Both the position numbers and the translations under genes were made by a program. Shown one piece after another: positions 1-10,605 of a DNA stretch of 58,598 bases. The first letter of the stretch is position 1, and every line of letters begins with the position of its first letter. This stretch comes from a virus (Duplodnaviria > Caudoviricetes): positions 1 through 58,598 of the IMG/VR virus record IMGVR_UViG_3300035042_000037. One strand, given 5' to 3'. A model generated the notes under the pieces. That model made no database searches and was not told the DNA's origin. It saw only the letters and a program-made list of their open reading frames with translations.

Positions 1-1
1 C

Positions 2-1261
2 TCCTCCCCTTCACCCTATATACCTTCGGACATATCCTTCACCTCTCGTGCTTCTACAGCACTATATTATGATAGCAACGGGTATATACAAATAGCTGGT
101 ATAGACGAGCCGAGGTATAACTACAACCCCGCTGATTTAACTGCTCCGCCTAAACTGTTGCTTGAGGATAGTTCGACTAATTTGCTTACTTATAGTGAGA
201 ATTTTGATAGTGCTGTTTGGAGCTTAATAAGGGCTAGTGTTTCTGCTAATGCTATTATTGCGCCAGACGGCACAACTACTGCTGATAAATTGGTTGAAGA
301 TACTACTGCCAGTAATACACATCGTATTCAAATAGTTAGCTCTATTTCTTTTACCTCTGGGGTTTCATACACGCATACAGTGTTTGCTAAAGGGGCAGAA
401 AGAAATTGGCTGTTTGTTGATCTTCATTTTCAAAGTACAGGTAGTGCTTTTGGTACTCAACCGTTTGCTTATTTTAATTTGTCTACAGGCTCTATGGGGA
501 CTTCATCAAACTGCACCCCGTATATACAAGATGTAGGTAACGGTTGGTATAAGTGTTCAGTTACGGCTACTGCAACCTCTACTACGTCTAACAGCCCCGG
601 CTATAGAATAGCGGATGCTGATAATTCATCTGTCTACACAGGTGACGGCACATCAGGCATTTACATCTGGGGAGCACAACTAGAACAAGGCTCTTACCCA
701 ACATCCTACATCCCAACAACCTCAGCACCAGTAACGCGTGCAGCAGATATCAGCACCTCAACGGCTACGACTCGTGCAGCGGATGTGGCTTATATTGGTG
801 GCACTGACTTCAGTGATTTTTACAATCAGAATGAGGGTAGTTACTTTATAGATTTTGTATATTCTGATAGGGCTGGCTATCGAACTCCTATTTCATTTAA
901 CGATGGTAGTGTTTATAATGTAATCCGTTCAATACAGTGGGTAAATAGCCCCTTTCGTGAGCTTTGGATAATTAGTAATAATGTTACAGAAACCGATTTA
1001 CGAAGCTATGTACTTGAGTCCAATATCGGGTCTTATCACAGATTGGCGGCCTCTTTTGATCTCACATCAGCAGCGGTATCAGTTGATGGGAACAATGTCA
1101 AAAGTGGGGATATTTCAGGGTTGCCAACTGTATCGTATTTGTCAATTGGAGCATCTACTCCGAGTGGGTCTTTTCCACTCAACGGCCACATCCGTCACTT
1201 AGCCTACTACCCAAAAGCACTTACTGATAACAACCTTATCGCCCTAACCACGGAGGAATAA
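2..1261 (+). CDS. Virion fibre/spike protein with carbohydrate-binding and LamG/ConA-like domains (5' truncated)
   Basis: Frame is open from base 2 (SSPSPYIPSDISFTSRASTALYYDSNG...PRYNY...LLLE). Has the motifs TNLLTYSENF, WGAQLEQGSYPTSYIPT and TRAAD, and ends LNGHIRHLAYYP, as in phage fibre lectin domains. Confidence 0.7.
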   Translation, partial: SSPSPYIPSDISFTSRASTALYYDSNGYIQIAGIDEPRYNYNPADLTAPPKLLLEDSSTNLLTYSENFDSAVWSLIRASVSANAIIAPDGTTTADKLVEDTTASNTHRIQIVSSISFTSGVSYTHTVFAKGAERNWLFVDLHFQSTGSAFGTQPFAYFNLSTGSMGTSSNCTPYIQDVGNGWYKCSVTATATSTTSNSPGYRIADADNSSVYTGDGTSGIYIWGAQLEQGSYPTSYIPTTSAPVTRAADISTSTATTRAADVAYIGGTDFSDFYNQNEGSYFIDFVYSDRAGYRTPISFNDGSVYNVIRSIQWVNSPFRELWIISNNVTETDLRSYVLESNIGSYHRLAASFDLTSAAVSVDGNNVKSGDISGLPTVSYLSIGASTPSGSFPLNGHIRHLAYYPKALTDNNLIALTTEE

Positions 1262-1264
1262 ATA

Positions 1265-1684
1265 ATGATTGACGCAATTATATACATACAGGACTTCCCA
1301 ACTTTCGCAGGATACTTAGCTACAAATTACCCTAACCTATTAAAAAAGAACGAGGACGGCACTATTGCCCAGCCTCCCGTAGTTACTGGAATTGCCCGCA
1401 CACCAGCAGCAATAAACGGTAACTCCATGTTGGCTTATCTAAGGCTTAATGACGAAGAAGCAACCCAATGGCGTGGCATGGAAGGTGTAGAGGTATTAGC
1501 GGAAGCACCGTTCACAGGCAAGGGTACAGCAGATACTCTTTACTCCACTATCTTCAACGACACCGCTCTAAACGACAAGTACGAATCCGTCTACTCAACC
1601 GCTCCCTACATGATAGATGACGGAGAAGGCAACCAAATACAAGTAACTCCCCCGCAACGCTTCGGCGTAATAGGAGGTGCGTAA
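1265..1684 (+). CDS. Hypothetical protein in fibre cassette
   Basis: 139 aa ORF, GGAGG RBS, tightly coupled to neighbours. Confidence 0.6.
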   Translation: MIDAIIYIQDFPTFAGYLATNYPNLLKKNEDGTIAQPPVVTGIARTPAAINGNSMLAYLRLNDEEATQWRGMEGVEVLAEAPFTGKGTADTLYSTIFNDTALNDKYESVYSTAPYMIDDGEGNQIQVTPPQRFGVIGGA

Positions 1685-1909
1685 ATGAGCAGCGTAGTTA
1701 AGGTAGGCCGCAAGCCTGAGCATGTACCGACTAATGGTATGCTGGGTACGATGGCTACGGAGGATAAGAAGAATTATGGACGCCTTGTAGATGTACCTGC
1801 ATCTGCTACAGCATCAGGGCGCAAGGGTGATTATGCTGTTGAATCTGGCTATGTTTACTTCTGCGTTGCTGCTAATACATGGGAACGTATGGCTGTAGCG
1901 TCATGGTAA
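1685..1909 (+). CDS. Small fibre-associated protein
   Basis: PASATASGRKGD...YVYFCVAANTWER resembles a short repeat module of phage fibre proteins; GGAGG RBS. Confidence 0.55.
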   Translation: MSSVVKVGRKPEHVPTNGMLGTMATEDKKNYGRLVDVPASATASGRKGDYAVESGYVYFCVAANTWERMAVASW

Positions 1910-1964
1910 TCTCAGCGGGCGCTTATGTTACAAGAAAGCGAGTGCATAATTAAGGAGATAAACA

Positions 1965-2433
1965 ATGAATAAAGGCTACAGCACACAGCAACCAAGCCAC
2001 TACGTTAAACACAATGGCGGATGGCAATACAGATTTAATGCTGCACAAATTACGCGCACAGATGATGAAGGCGTGGAGTACATTGGGTGGGAGTACGATT
2101 ACATCAACTCTAACACACCACCTGGCACACGTGATTATCTCAAGATGGTGCGAGATATTAAAATTGCAGCGCCTATCAACAACGTACAAGTAGGACGATA
2201 TCAAGATCGCGAAAACATCAAAGATGCTATCCGCAAATGGGGGAACACTCGGTAATCCAACAACAATAACTTGGATCATGTACGACAACACTACGGCGCA
2301 ACTAAGTAAGCAGGACTTAATAGATATTGAAGATACTTATGCTATTAGACAGCTACAAGTATTCGCTGAGTATCAAAGCCTGTGTGAGCAACTTGCTATT
2401 AGTAACGATCCTGAATCCATTATTTGGCCATAA
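1965..2433 (+). pseudogene. DUF4376-like tail fibre assembly protein split by a frameshift in a G5 run
   Basis: Removing one G from GGGGG (2239-2243) joins ORFs 1965-2255 and 2224-2433 (RKWGTLGNPTTITWIMYDN...ESIIWP). Confidence 0.6.
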
Positions 2434-2452
2434 AATAAAAAGGAATAAATAA

Positions 2453-2956
2453 ATGTCATTAATAACATTAAACGGAAGAACAAAAAGAGCGTTAGATTTT
2501 ACTCAAAAAGTTCTTTATATGGGAGTGGGTAGAACTACTGCTTGGACTGACGAGCAAAATCCTCCAGTAGTTACAGAAGATATGACTGCTGTAGAAGAAC
2601 TTAATTTTATATCTAAAATAAATACAATTAAATTTGTTAAACCAGATGTATCAGGTGAAATAGAATATAGAGATTCAAGATGGGCAGAAGTTTTAGCAGC
2701 AGATATATATACAGAAGATGTAGTAAATATCTATTTAGAAGTACTTTTAGATTATGATAATTATCCATTAATCACATATAGACAAATTGGTTTATTAGAA
2801 GATCCAACGGATGGAACAGATACAATTTGTACAAATGATAAATACTTACAATCGGAGTTAACACAAGAAGGTTTACTTCATTATATAGATAATAGGACTC
2901 CAACAGTAAGAGATATAAATCAAAAAGAAAAACTTTCTATAATTTTAGAATTTTAA
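2453..2956 (+). CDS. Baseplate wedge protein (gp8-like)
   Basis: LYMGVGRTTAW.DE..PP, YRQIGLLEDP and YIDNRTP..R...QKEK.SIILEF motifs. Confidence 0.75.
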   Translation: MSLITLNGRTKRALDFTQKVLYMGVGRTTAWTDEQNPPVVTEDMTAVEELNFISKINTIKFVKPDVSGEIEYRDSRWAEVLAADIYTEDVVNIYLEVLLDYDNYPLITYRQIGLLEDPTDGTDTICTNDKYLQSELTQEGLLHYIDNRTPTVRDINQKEKLSIILEF

Positions 2957-2974
2957 GAAGTTTAGGAGACATGC

Positions 2975-5900
2975 ATGAATTTAGAACAGCATCCATATTA
3001 TGATGATCATGATTCGCAATATGAAAAAGATTACAAACAACTTTTGTTTAATCCTGGTAGAGCTGTGCAGGCAAGAGAGTTAACACAATCTCAAAGTTTG
3101 ATTTATGATCAATTAGATTCTAATTTTAGGACTATTTATAAAAATGGTACAATCGTAAATGGATGTGAATTATCTATCTATACTATAGATTCTATTACAT
3201 ATGCTACAGTTAAAGAGGGTAATTTTTACGCTAACGGAAAGGTATATCCAGTACACGAACAAACTATAACTATAAGAGGTGCTGGTGAAGAATTTATTGG
3301 GTTAAAAATACAAGAATCAATAGTAACTTACCAAGAAGACCCTTCTTTAACTGATCCAGCTCAAGGATATTATAACTATAACAATAGTGGCGCTGATAGA
3401 TTAAAACAAGTTATAGTTTTAGATGCTAATAAACCTGGAATTTTTCCTTTATGGGAAATTAACGATAAAGTAATTATCAAGAACCCTAATAGACCAGATT
3501 ATTCTGATTTATTAACAGTTTTAGCAAGAAGAACTTATGATGAATCAGGTAATTATCTCGTTCAAGGGATGAAATTAAACGTAAGAAATGATCCTAATGA
3601 TAGTAATAAACTTATAATTACTGTTAGTTCTGGTAAAGCATATGTAAAAGGTTATGAAATTAAATTTCCTTCTCTTAAAACTGTAAAAGTTTCAAAAGCA
3701 CTAGATACTAATGCTAGAAGAAATGAACCAAAAGTATTTAGTACTGGAACTTATGATTATTCTTTAAACGAAAAATATGTTAAAGATATTTCAGAAGTTA
3801 ATGGTGAAGTTGAAACTACTGTATATTTAACTAAAGGTGTTGCTGATAGTTCAGATGCTATTATAGAAAATTCCAATTCTAATAACAGATTCCCAGGAAG
3901 AGAATATACTTCTATAATTAGTATTACTTCTATTACTTCAGTAGACGGTGGAACAACTTATGTAGAAGATACAGATTTTACTTTAAATGCCGACGAAATT
4001 GATTGGTATTTAGCAGGTGCTGAACCAGATCCTGGTTCTACTTATAAAGTAACATTTAAATATAACAAAACATTTGACAGTACTGAATATTCTTTAACAT
4101 CAGGTACAGACAATTATTATAATTTAACTTTTGATTCTGATTTAAATGATGTTTCATATCCCGATAACGATGAATATCCAAAAGATGGTTCAACAGTTGA
4201 TGTAGATTATAATTATTACCTTGCTAGGGTTGATTTAATTTCTGTTAATAGTTTAGGTGAAATTGTTGTAAAAACAGGACCTTATACTGATTGGGAAGAT
4301 TCTGTTGTGCCTTTTGAATCACAAGAAGTTTTAAGATTAGGTTATATTAAATTTATGCCTAATTCAGGTGCGGGAGAAACATCTATAGTAAATTATGGTT
4401 TCAAAAGAACAACAATGCTTCAACTTTATTATATGTTAGAAAGATTAAGTCAGGTTGAAGAAAATCAAGCTCAAATTTCACTAGAAGATGAAGCCATTAG
4501 CGGAGAATTACCTACTGAATTAAAAGGTATATTAGTAGATTCGTTTAATTCATTTTTCAAATCTGATATAAACACTGATTTTTCAGCTGCTATAAATAAA
4601 ATTTTACAAACATTAGAAATGAATACTACTCATAATGTTTATAAATTCTCTTATGCTAATAACATATTAGATAACATTAAAGAATATGGTCCTAATGGCA
4701 AATATAATACTATTAAAGTAATTTCAGAAATTTCAGCTGCAAGAAATGTTTATAGAAGTGGTTCAGAAAGTTTAAATCCACATGGCTTTTTAGACGATTT
4801 AACTGGAAAAATAGAGTGTGAACCATCTTCTGATACTTGGATAGATGACGAATATATAGAAAAAGAAATTGTAAATAATGTAGCTGAATCTAAAACTGTT
4901 AACACACATAACACTTCTTTGAGAAATACTACAGCTACTGAAACAGAAGATAAAATTACAGAAGAAATTGTGACTTTTAAAGAAGAAAAAAGTATAGAAT
5001 ATGCTAGACAAATACCTATTGAAATAACAGGTCAAGAATGGTTATCTACTTGTAGACTGATAGCAAAAATAGATGATGAATTTGTGAGTATTAATTCACC
5101 TTCAGATCAAACTTGGGATTCTGGAAATGAAGGTACAGTTTGGGAAACTGTGAATAATACAGATTTTCCTAATCATTTACCAAACGATGGGACGAATTAT
5201 ACTTCTGCTATAGTACAATCTGACGGTACTTTTAAAGGGATCATAACTATTCCTGAAGGTATTTCTACAGGCGATATAGAAATAAAAATTATCAATTTAG
5301 ATACAGAAAATGGATTATATAGTTCATTTGTTTTTGAATCTACTGGTTTAAAGAAATTTTATGAAAAAGAAATTTATATTGATAGAGTAGAAACTACAGT
5401 AATATATAATTATACGCCTAGATATACACCATCATATTCTAGTTATAGCTCTCCTTCACCTAGTTATGATGTTATAGCTTATGATGGTTCTCCAACAACA
5501 GCAGAAGTTGTATCAGGAACAGTTGGCGGTATAAAAACTGATGCTGGTGGAGATAGTAACTCAGCTTTAACTAATGTACTTGCAAGTGATTATGGTACTT
5601 CAACATCTTCAGATGTTGTTGCTGCAATTTCTAATTTATATACAAATATAACACAAAGAGCACCTGATACTGGTGGATTAAATTATTGGGTCCAAGAGGC
5701 AGAATCTGGTAAAAGTATGGATGAAATAACTCAAGCTTTTACTGCTGCAGCAAAAGAAAATAATGAACCCGCTGTTACAGATGGTTCTACTAATTTTGCT
5801 CCACCTTCTGAAGACAATTCAAGATATGTTTCATCAAGTAGTACTTCTTCTGATAGATCTTCAAGTACAGGTAGTGATAGTTGTACTAATGATCCAGTTG

Positions 5901-7162
5901 CTCAAAGTTTTTTCTTTGATGAAGATAAAATATTTACTTCTATTAATGTTTATTTTAATTCAGTAGATACAGAAGAAGATGCTTTTATGCAAATAGGATA
6001 TGTTATTAATGGATATCCAGAAATGAAATCAATTTTTCATACTCAATATTTTTCTGCTGCTGATATATATTATGATTTAACAGGTGAAATGCCTACTAAT
6101 ATTAAATTTGATAAACCCATATATATTCCAGCTAATACATACTTCTTCGTTTCTTTTGGTTCCAAATCAAGAGATTGGAGAATTTACATAGCAGAAATGG
6201 GAAAATATGATTTAATAACTAATAATTATATAACTAAAAATCCTTATTTAGATGGTGTATTTTTCACGTCTAGTAACAATATTACTTGGTCAGCATTGCA
6301 AGAAACTGATTTAGCTTTTAATTTATTCGAAGGTAATTTTGGGGAATCTGGAACAATTCAAACAGAAACTATAAATGTTCCAGAAGGTTTTTCAATGTTT
6401 AAATATACTCCTAAAACACAAGTAATGGAAAAATCAACTATAGATTATTTTTATTCTTTAGATGAAGGAGAAAATTGGAAAACATTCAATCCAGATAATG
6501 TTATAGAATTAACATCAGTTTATAATACATTAAATATTAAAATGAAATTATTTGGTAATGGAAAATATTCCCCTATTGTAGATGTATCACAAAACAGTAT
6601 CGTATTTAGTATATATGATAATACTTCTGATTCAGTTTATATAACAAAAACTGTAAACAATACACCAGAATATAACGAAATAAAAGTAATTCTGGATGAA
6701 AATATGCCTCCAACTGGATCAAAAACATTGAAAGCCTCTGTTGATGATATATTATATTTCAAATTAGATGATACAGAAGAAGAATCTATTCCAGTTGGTT
6801 CAGGCTTTTATAGAAAAACTTATAGTACTAATTTAGATTCTTATTATAAATTTTCTGATATTACTATTACAGATACAATTTCTGAAGATGATACATTTAC
6901 AGGAAGTGGTACTGGAACGCCATCTGGAACAGTAGAAGCAGTTGGAGATAATGAAATAATTTTAAAATTAGATTCTGGAACATTTGAAGATACTGAAACA
7001 ATTACAACTTCTACAGGAGGTTCGTTCGTTGTTGATATTACTAACATGATTAATTTAACTAATAATACTACATTTAAAGGTAGAATTGATTTTAATTCTT
7101 CGAATCAAGCATTATCACCATTATTTAAGAAATTAAAATACATTATGAAGAAAGTTATTTAG
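2975..7162 (+). CDS. Large baseplate/virion structural protein (DUF4815/VrlC-like)
   Basis: PYYDD..LLFNPGRAVQARELTQ.Q, GADRLK, LARRTYDESGNY, GKAYVKGYEI and DPVAQSF motifs. Confidence 0.85.
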   Translation: MNLEQHPYYDDHDSQYEKDYKQLLFNPGRAVQARELTQSQSLIYDQLDSNFRTIYKNGTIVNGCELSIYTIDSITYATVKEGNFYANGKVYPVHEQTITIRGAGEEFIGLKIQESIVTYQEDPSLTDPAQGYYNYNNSGADRLKQVIVLDANKPGIFPLWEINDKVIIKNPNRPDYSDLLTVLARRTYDESGNYLVQGMKLNVRNDPNDSNKLIITVSSGKAYVKGYEIKFPSLKTVKVSKALDTNARRNEPKVFSTGTYDYSLNEKYVKDISEVNGEVETTVYLTKGVADSSDAIIENSNSNNRFPGREYTSIISITSITSVDGGTTYVEDTDFTLNADEIDWYLAGAEPDPGSTYKVTFKYNKTFDSTEYSLTSGTDNYYNLTFDSDLNDVSYPDNDEYPKDGSTVDVDYNYYLARVDLISVNSLGEIVVKTGPYTDWEDSVVPFESQEVLRLGYIKFMPNSGAGETSIVNYGFKRTTMLQLYYMLERLSQVEENQAQISLEDEAISGELPTELKGILVDSFNSFFKSDINTDFSAAINKILQTLEMNTTHNVYKFSYANNILDNIKEYGPNGKYNTIKVISEISAARNVYRSGSESLNPHGFLDDLTGKIECEPSSDTWIDDEYIEKEIVNNVAESKTVNTHNTSLRNTTATETEDKITEEIVTFKEEKSIEYARQIPIEITGQEWLSTCRLIAKIDDEFVSINSPSDQTWDSGNEGTVWETVNNTDFPNHLPNDGTNYTSAIVQSDGTFKGIITIPEGISTGDIEIKIINLDTENGLYSSFVFESTGLKKFYEKEIYIDRVETTVIYNYTPRYTPSYSSYSSPSPSYDVIAYDGSPTTAEVVSGTVGGIKTDAGGDSNSALTNVLASDYGTSTSSDVVAAISNLYTNITQRAPDTGGLNYWVQEAESGKSMDEITQAFTAAAKENNEPAVTDGSTNFAPPSEDNSRYVSSSSTSSDRSSSTGSDSCTNDPVAQSFFFDEDKIFTSINVYFNSVDTEEDAFMQIGYVINGYPEMKSIFHTQYFSAADIYYDLTGEMPTNIKFDKPIYIPANTYFFVSFGSKSRDWRIYIAEMGKYDLITNNYITKNPYLDGVFFTSSNNITWSALQETDLAFNLFEGNFGESGTIQTETINVPEGFSMFKYTPKTQVMEKSTIDYFYSLDEGENWKTFNPDNVIELTSVYNTLNIKMKLFGNGKYSPIVDVSQNSIVFSIYDNTSDSVYITKTVNNTPEYNEIKVILDENMPPTGSKTLKASVDDILYFKLDDTEEESIPVGSGFYRKTYSTNLDSYYKFSDITITDTISEDDTFTGSGTGTPSGTVEAVGDNEIILKLDSGTFEDTETITTSTGGSFVVDITNMINLTNNTTFKGRIDFNSSNQALSPLFKKLKYIMKKVI

Positions 7163-7192
7163 AGATTATTTAAGAATTATTTAGAGGTTTTT

Positions 7193-7348
7193 ATGAAAAA
7201 ACAAAAAGATGAAAAAACAGGGGCAATATTTTTTGCCCCTGAAGGTGAAGATTTAGAAATGATAAATATGAAGACTGATATAAAAAAGATGAAAAAAGAA
7301 ATTCTTGAATTAAAAAATATCATAACCGAAATAAAACATTCATTATGA
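7193..7348 (+). CDS. Small coiled-coil virion protein (missed by ORF track)
   Basis: GAGG RBS, then MKKQKDEKTGAIFF...KKEILELKNIITEIKHSL (51 aa). Confidence 0.55.
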   Translation: MKKQKDEKTGAIFFAPEGEDLEMINMKTDIKKMKKEILELKNIITEIKHSL

Positions 7349-7366
7349 AGCTAAAAGGATAATTAA

Positions 7367-7939
7367 ATGGCTATTACTCAGATTTCAAATATATTAGATA
7401 CTGATTCATTTAAAACTTGGATTCAAAAAAATAATACATTAATTAATGTTTTTAACGAATCAGGTAATGGTTTGTTGACAGATTTATCTCCATCATATAA
7501 TGGTGAAGATATGATTCTTAGTATCACGAACGGTTATATAAAACAATATGACAATGATATTGTAGAAATATCTGGTGGTAATTATAATTTAAGTTCTTAT
7601 ATTCCGACATCATCAGATAAAATCATTGTTTGTGGATATGATATTAATGGAAACTTTACTGTAATAGAAGGAGTAGAAGGAAGTACTACTATTCCTCCTG
7701 CTAACGGAATATTCCCTGTATTTTTAACAACATTGAGTGTTAATCAAACAGTTATTAATTCTGGAATAAATTTAAATCAAATTAAACAGTTTGTTGATAA
7801 TTCTGATTTCTATACTAAATCAGAACTCTATACCAAAACTGAATTAGATACTGGTCAACTAGATAATAGATATTATACCAAATCAGAAATAGATACTAAT
7901 ATAGGAACATTAGCAGAATTTGAAGGAGCATTAGCATGA
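7367..7939 (+). CDS. Fibre/whisker-like structural protein
   Basis: N-terminal TDSFKTWIQKNN anchor motif and C-terminal YTKSE/YTKTE repeats. Confidence 0.55.
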   Translation: MAITQISNILDTDSFKTWIQKNNTLINVFNESGNGLLTDLSPSYNGEDMILSITNGYIKQYDNDIVEISGGNYNLSSYIPTSSDKIIVCGYDINGNFTVIEGVEGSTTIPPANGIFPVFLTTLSVNQTVINSGINLNQIKQFVDNSDFYTKSELYTKTELDTGQLDNRYYTKSEIDTNIGTLAEFEGALA

Positions 7940-8451
7940 GTTTAGCAACTAGAATAGCACAAGAATTTAATGCAGTTAGAGGTGAGTTTATTCCTGATAC
8001 TGATTCTCCCACGGGTGATATCGTTGGTACTACAGACAATCAAACAATTTCTAATAAGATTTTTCAGGATTCAACCTTTGATGGTGGTGTTATTTCCGCA
8101 ACAGAGTACATTGAGACATATAACACCGTAACTTCAAATACAAATGCTACAAATATAGATTGTTCAACTGGTAATGTTTTTAGTCACACTCTTAGCGAAA
8201 ATACTACGTTTACATTCAGTAACCCACCTGCTTCCGGTGATTCTTATGGCATGACATTAACTATTGTCCAAGACTCTGGCGGTACAGGATACACAGTCAC
8301 ATGGCCCACATCAGTACGTTGGCCGGGAGCGTCAGCACCTAGCTTAACGAGTGATGCGGATGCTGTGGACGTGTTTGTTTTTTACACATCAGACGGCGGT
8401 ACAACCTGGGATGGATTTATCGGCGGTCAAGCGATGGGGGTTCCGGCATGA
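7936..8451 (+). CDS. Tail fibre-like protein
   Basis: Motifs IDCSTGNVFSHTL, TFTFSNPPASG, VTWPTSVRWPG..APSL, DVFVFYTSDGGTTW. Confidence 0.65.
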   Translation: MSLATRIAQEFNAVRGEFIPDTDSPTGDIVGTTDNQTISNKIFQDSTFDGGVISATEYIETYNTVTSNTNATNIDCSTGNVFSHTLSENTTFTFSNPPASGDSYGMTLTIVQDSGGTGYTVTWPTSVRWPGASAPSLTSDADAVDVFVFYTSDGGTTWDGFIGGQAMGVPA

Positions 8452-9479
8452 GTTTAATTAGCAAAAAAGTGAGTTTAGCTACGAGCGGGGCATTGTATGA
8501 TTATACTTTTGCCTGTGTAATATCCTATTCAACCGGACTGATTTATACTGTAGATATAACTGATCCAGCAAACATGGCATTGTTGGATTCAGTGGGTTCA
8601 ACAAACACAACGACAATCAGATCATTAGGCGTAGATAAAACTAACAAATATGCAGTTGTGGGCAGCATCGATAAAGACGCAATATCAACAATAAACATCT
8701 CCGACCCATCAAACTTGAACATTTTGGATACGTTGGCAAACACAACACTGTTCGGCGGCGTATATGGTTTTGGAATAGATGAGGAAAATCGATACATATA
8801 CCCCATAGACCAAAGCGCGAGCTATTTTACATCGGTAAATGCCAGCAATGCTTCATCATTATCAATCGACGATTTTTTGACAGTTGGCAGCATCCCGCAG
8901 GACTGTGTAGTAGATGAAGAAAATAATGTTGCATATGTCGCAACATCTAACGGAAACTCTATTGATGTTGTTGATTTAAGCAACAATTCCGTGTTATCAG
9001 TGTTAGATTCTTTTTCGTCTGCGTCGATGGATGTACCGTATGGCGTCGATTTAGATGTAGATAATAATATCTTATATGTTGCATGTTTTAACAATGATGC
9101 TATTTGCTCTGTAGATGTTAGTAATCCGTCTGCATTATCTTTGATAGGTGTGTATACAAACTCGAGCTTAAATGAGGCAAGGAAGGTAAAGATTGACACA
9201 GATAAAGACGTTGCATATGTGGTTTCAGACGCGGGATCATCATTGACAGCAATAGACATAAGCAGCCCAGCTTCTTTGTCTAAACTAAGCAGCTTGTCAA
9301 CTGGATTAAGCAGGCCATGGTTTGTAGATATTGACATTAAAAACGAGATTGTTTATGTCCTTGATTTTGGGTCTTCAAGCCTCATTTCCGTGGATGTATC
9401 GAATCCTTCCTCAATGTCTATATTAGACACCTTTGTAGGTTCTGGATGGGCAAGCATGTATGGTCTTGGATTAGCATAG
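8448..9479 (+). CDS. LVIVD-repeat beta-propeller protein, putative receptor-binding
   Basis: About 7 repeats of YV....L..VDxSNPS.LS.L; sits in a GC-richer cassette. Confidence 0.7.
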   Translation: MSLISKKVSLATSGALYDYTFACVISYSTGLIYTVDITDPANMALLDSVGSTNTTTIRSLGVDKTNKYAVVGSIDKDAISTINISDPSNLNILDTLANTTLFGGVYGFGIDEENRYIYPIDQSASYFTSVNASNASSLSIDDFLTVGSIPQDCVVDEENNVAYVATSNGNSIDVVDLSNNSVLSVLDSFSSASMDVPYGVDLDVDNNILYVACFNNDAICSVDVSNPSALSLIGVYTNSSLNEARKVKIDTDKDVAYVVSDAGSSLTAIDISSPASLSKLSSLSTGLSRPWFVDIDIKNEIVYVLDFGSSSLISVDVSNPSSMSILDTFVGSGWASMYGLGLA

Positions 9480-9502
9480 ATTGATAAAATAAAGGAGCGC
9501 AA

Positions 9503-10051
9503 ATGTACATAAAAACAACGGCAAATAACATGATTGATAAATACCCGTACTCGATACCTCAGTTACGCAAAGACAATCCCAGCACCAGCTTCCCCAAGCG
9601 CCCATCAGAAGCATTGCTTGCATCATACGAGGTTTATCCGGTAACGGTACAGCAAGTAACACCGGGAGCATATCAGACAGTGGAAAGCGCGGCAGAGCCT
9701 ACCTTGATTGATGGTGTGTGGACGCTTGAAAAATGGGCGGTTGATCTTCCGCCAGATGAGAAAAACGCACTATTACAAAAAGACTGCGAAAGGGCGGTGG
9801 AGGAGTATATACAAGCAGAGGTTGACGCATATAACAGTGCAAATAATACTCTTTTCCGCGATGTCCACTCGTGTGTTAATTATGCCTCAGTTGATGGCTA
9901 CACACACCAAACATTCTGCGCTAATGTGTGGGCATGGAGCGTGAATGTGTGGGAGGCAGCACGACAGATGCTTGCAGATGCACAGGCGGGAACCATAACC
10001 ATCACCAGCCCGCAGGATGTGATTGACGGGTTGCCAGTATTCAGCTCTTAA
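9503..10051 (+). CDS. Tail fibre assembly/chaperone-like protein
   Basis: YPYSI.QLRKDNP.TSFP N-terminus and ...VW....VID.LP.F C-terminus. Confidence 0.6.
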   Translation: MYIKTTANNMIDKYPYSIPQLRKDNPSTSFPKRPSEALLASYEVYPVTVQQVTPGAYQTVESAAEPTLIDGVWTLEKWAVDLPPDEKNALLQKDCERAVEEYIQAEVDAYNSANNTLFRDVHSCVNYASVDGYTHQTFCANVWAWSVNVWEAARQMLADAQAGTITITSPQDVIDGLPVFSS

Positions 10052-10056
10052 TTTTA

Positions 10057-10161
10057 ATAATTAATAACATTAAATTACAAAATTTTCAAAAATAACAAAC
10101 TTTAAAAAATGAGGTAGAGTTAGCAAATACTGTTGAAGAAGTTCAAAATATAAATTTCTAA
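10057..10161 (+). pseudogene. 3' remnant of a DUF4376-like fibre assembly gene
   Basis: Reads NNIKLQNFQK*QTLKNEVELANTVEEVQNINF*, with no start codon, directly after the GC-richer cassette. Confidence 0.45.
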
Positions 10162-10173
10162 ATAGGTTATCAT

Positions 10174-10569
10174 ATGTCGTTAACTAAAAAACAAATAGAT
10201 GATCTTTTCTATGACGATTCAAATATTAAATGGAATCATATTTTACAAATGGAAACTATTCCAGGTAAAACAGATTATAGAAAAGCGATAAATCAAATAC
10301 CAGTGGGTAAAACAAATTCTCCTGATAATTTTATATGGAATGGTGCATCAGTAGGGCCATTAAGATCATTATTTCCTAAATGGAAACATCCAATTGCTAC
10401 ATTAAGACATGATTTAAGATGTGAATATGCTAGAAATAAAGAAGAAAGAAAATTTGCTGATGCACAATTTAAAAAAGATGTGGGTAGAACTGGTAATTGG
10501 TATGAAAGAAATATCGGTTATATAGGTGTAAGATTAGGAGCAATTTTTGGAATTGGATCAAATTATTAA
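10174..10569 (+). CDS. DUF1353-like protein
   Basis: F.WNGASV, A...HD..C, RKFAD..F and YIGVRLG motifs. Confidence 0.65.
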   Translation: MSLTKKQIDDLFYDDSNIKWNHILQMETIPGKTDYRKAINQIPVGKTNSPDNFIWNGASVGPLRSLFPKWKHPIATLRHDLRCEYARNKEERKFADAQFKKDVGRTGNWYERNIGYIGVRLGAIFGIGSNY

Positions 10570-10605
10570 AATTATTAAAATTATTAAAATTGAAAGGAAT
10601 TAAAC

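Noticed and set aside
8543-9337. Antisense ORFs over the LVIVD gene, and similar short overlapping ORFs elsewhere
   Set aside because: They overlap well-supported genes and lack RBSs or motifs.
1-10051. Diversity-generating retroelement or invertible fibre switch
   Set aside because: No reverse transcriptase, invertase, template/variable repeat pair or flanking inverted repeats seen.
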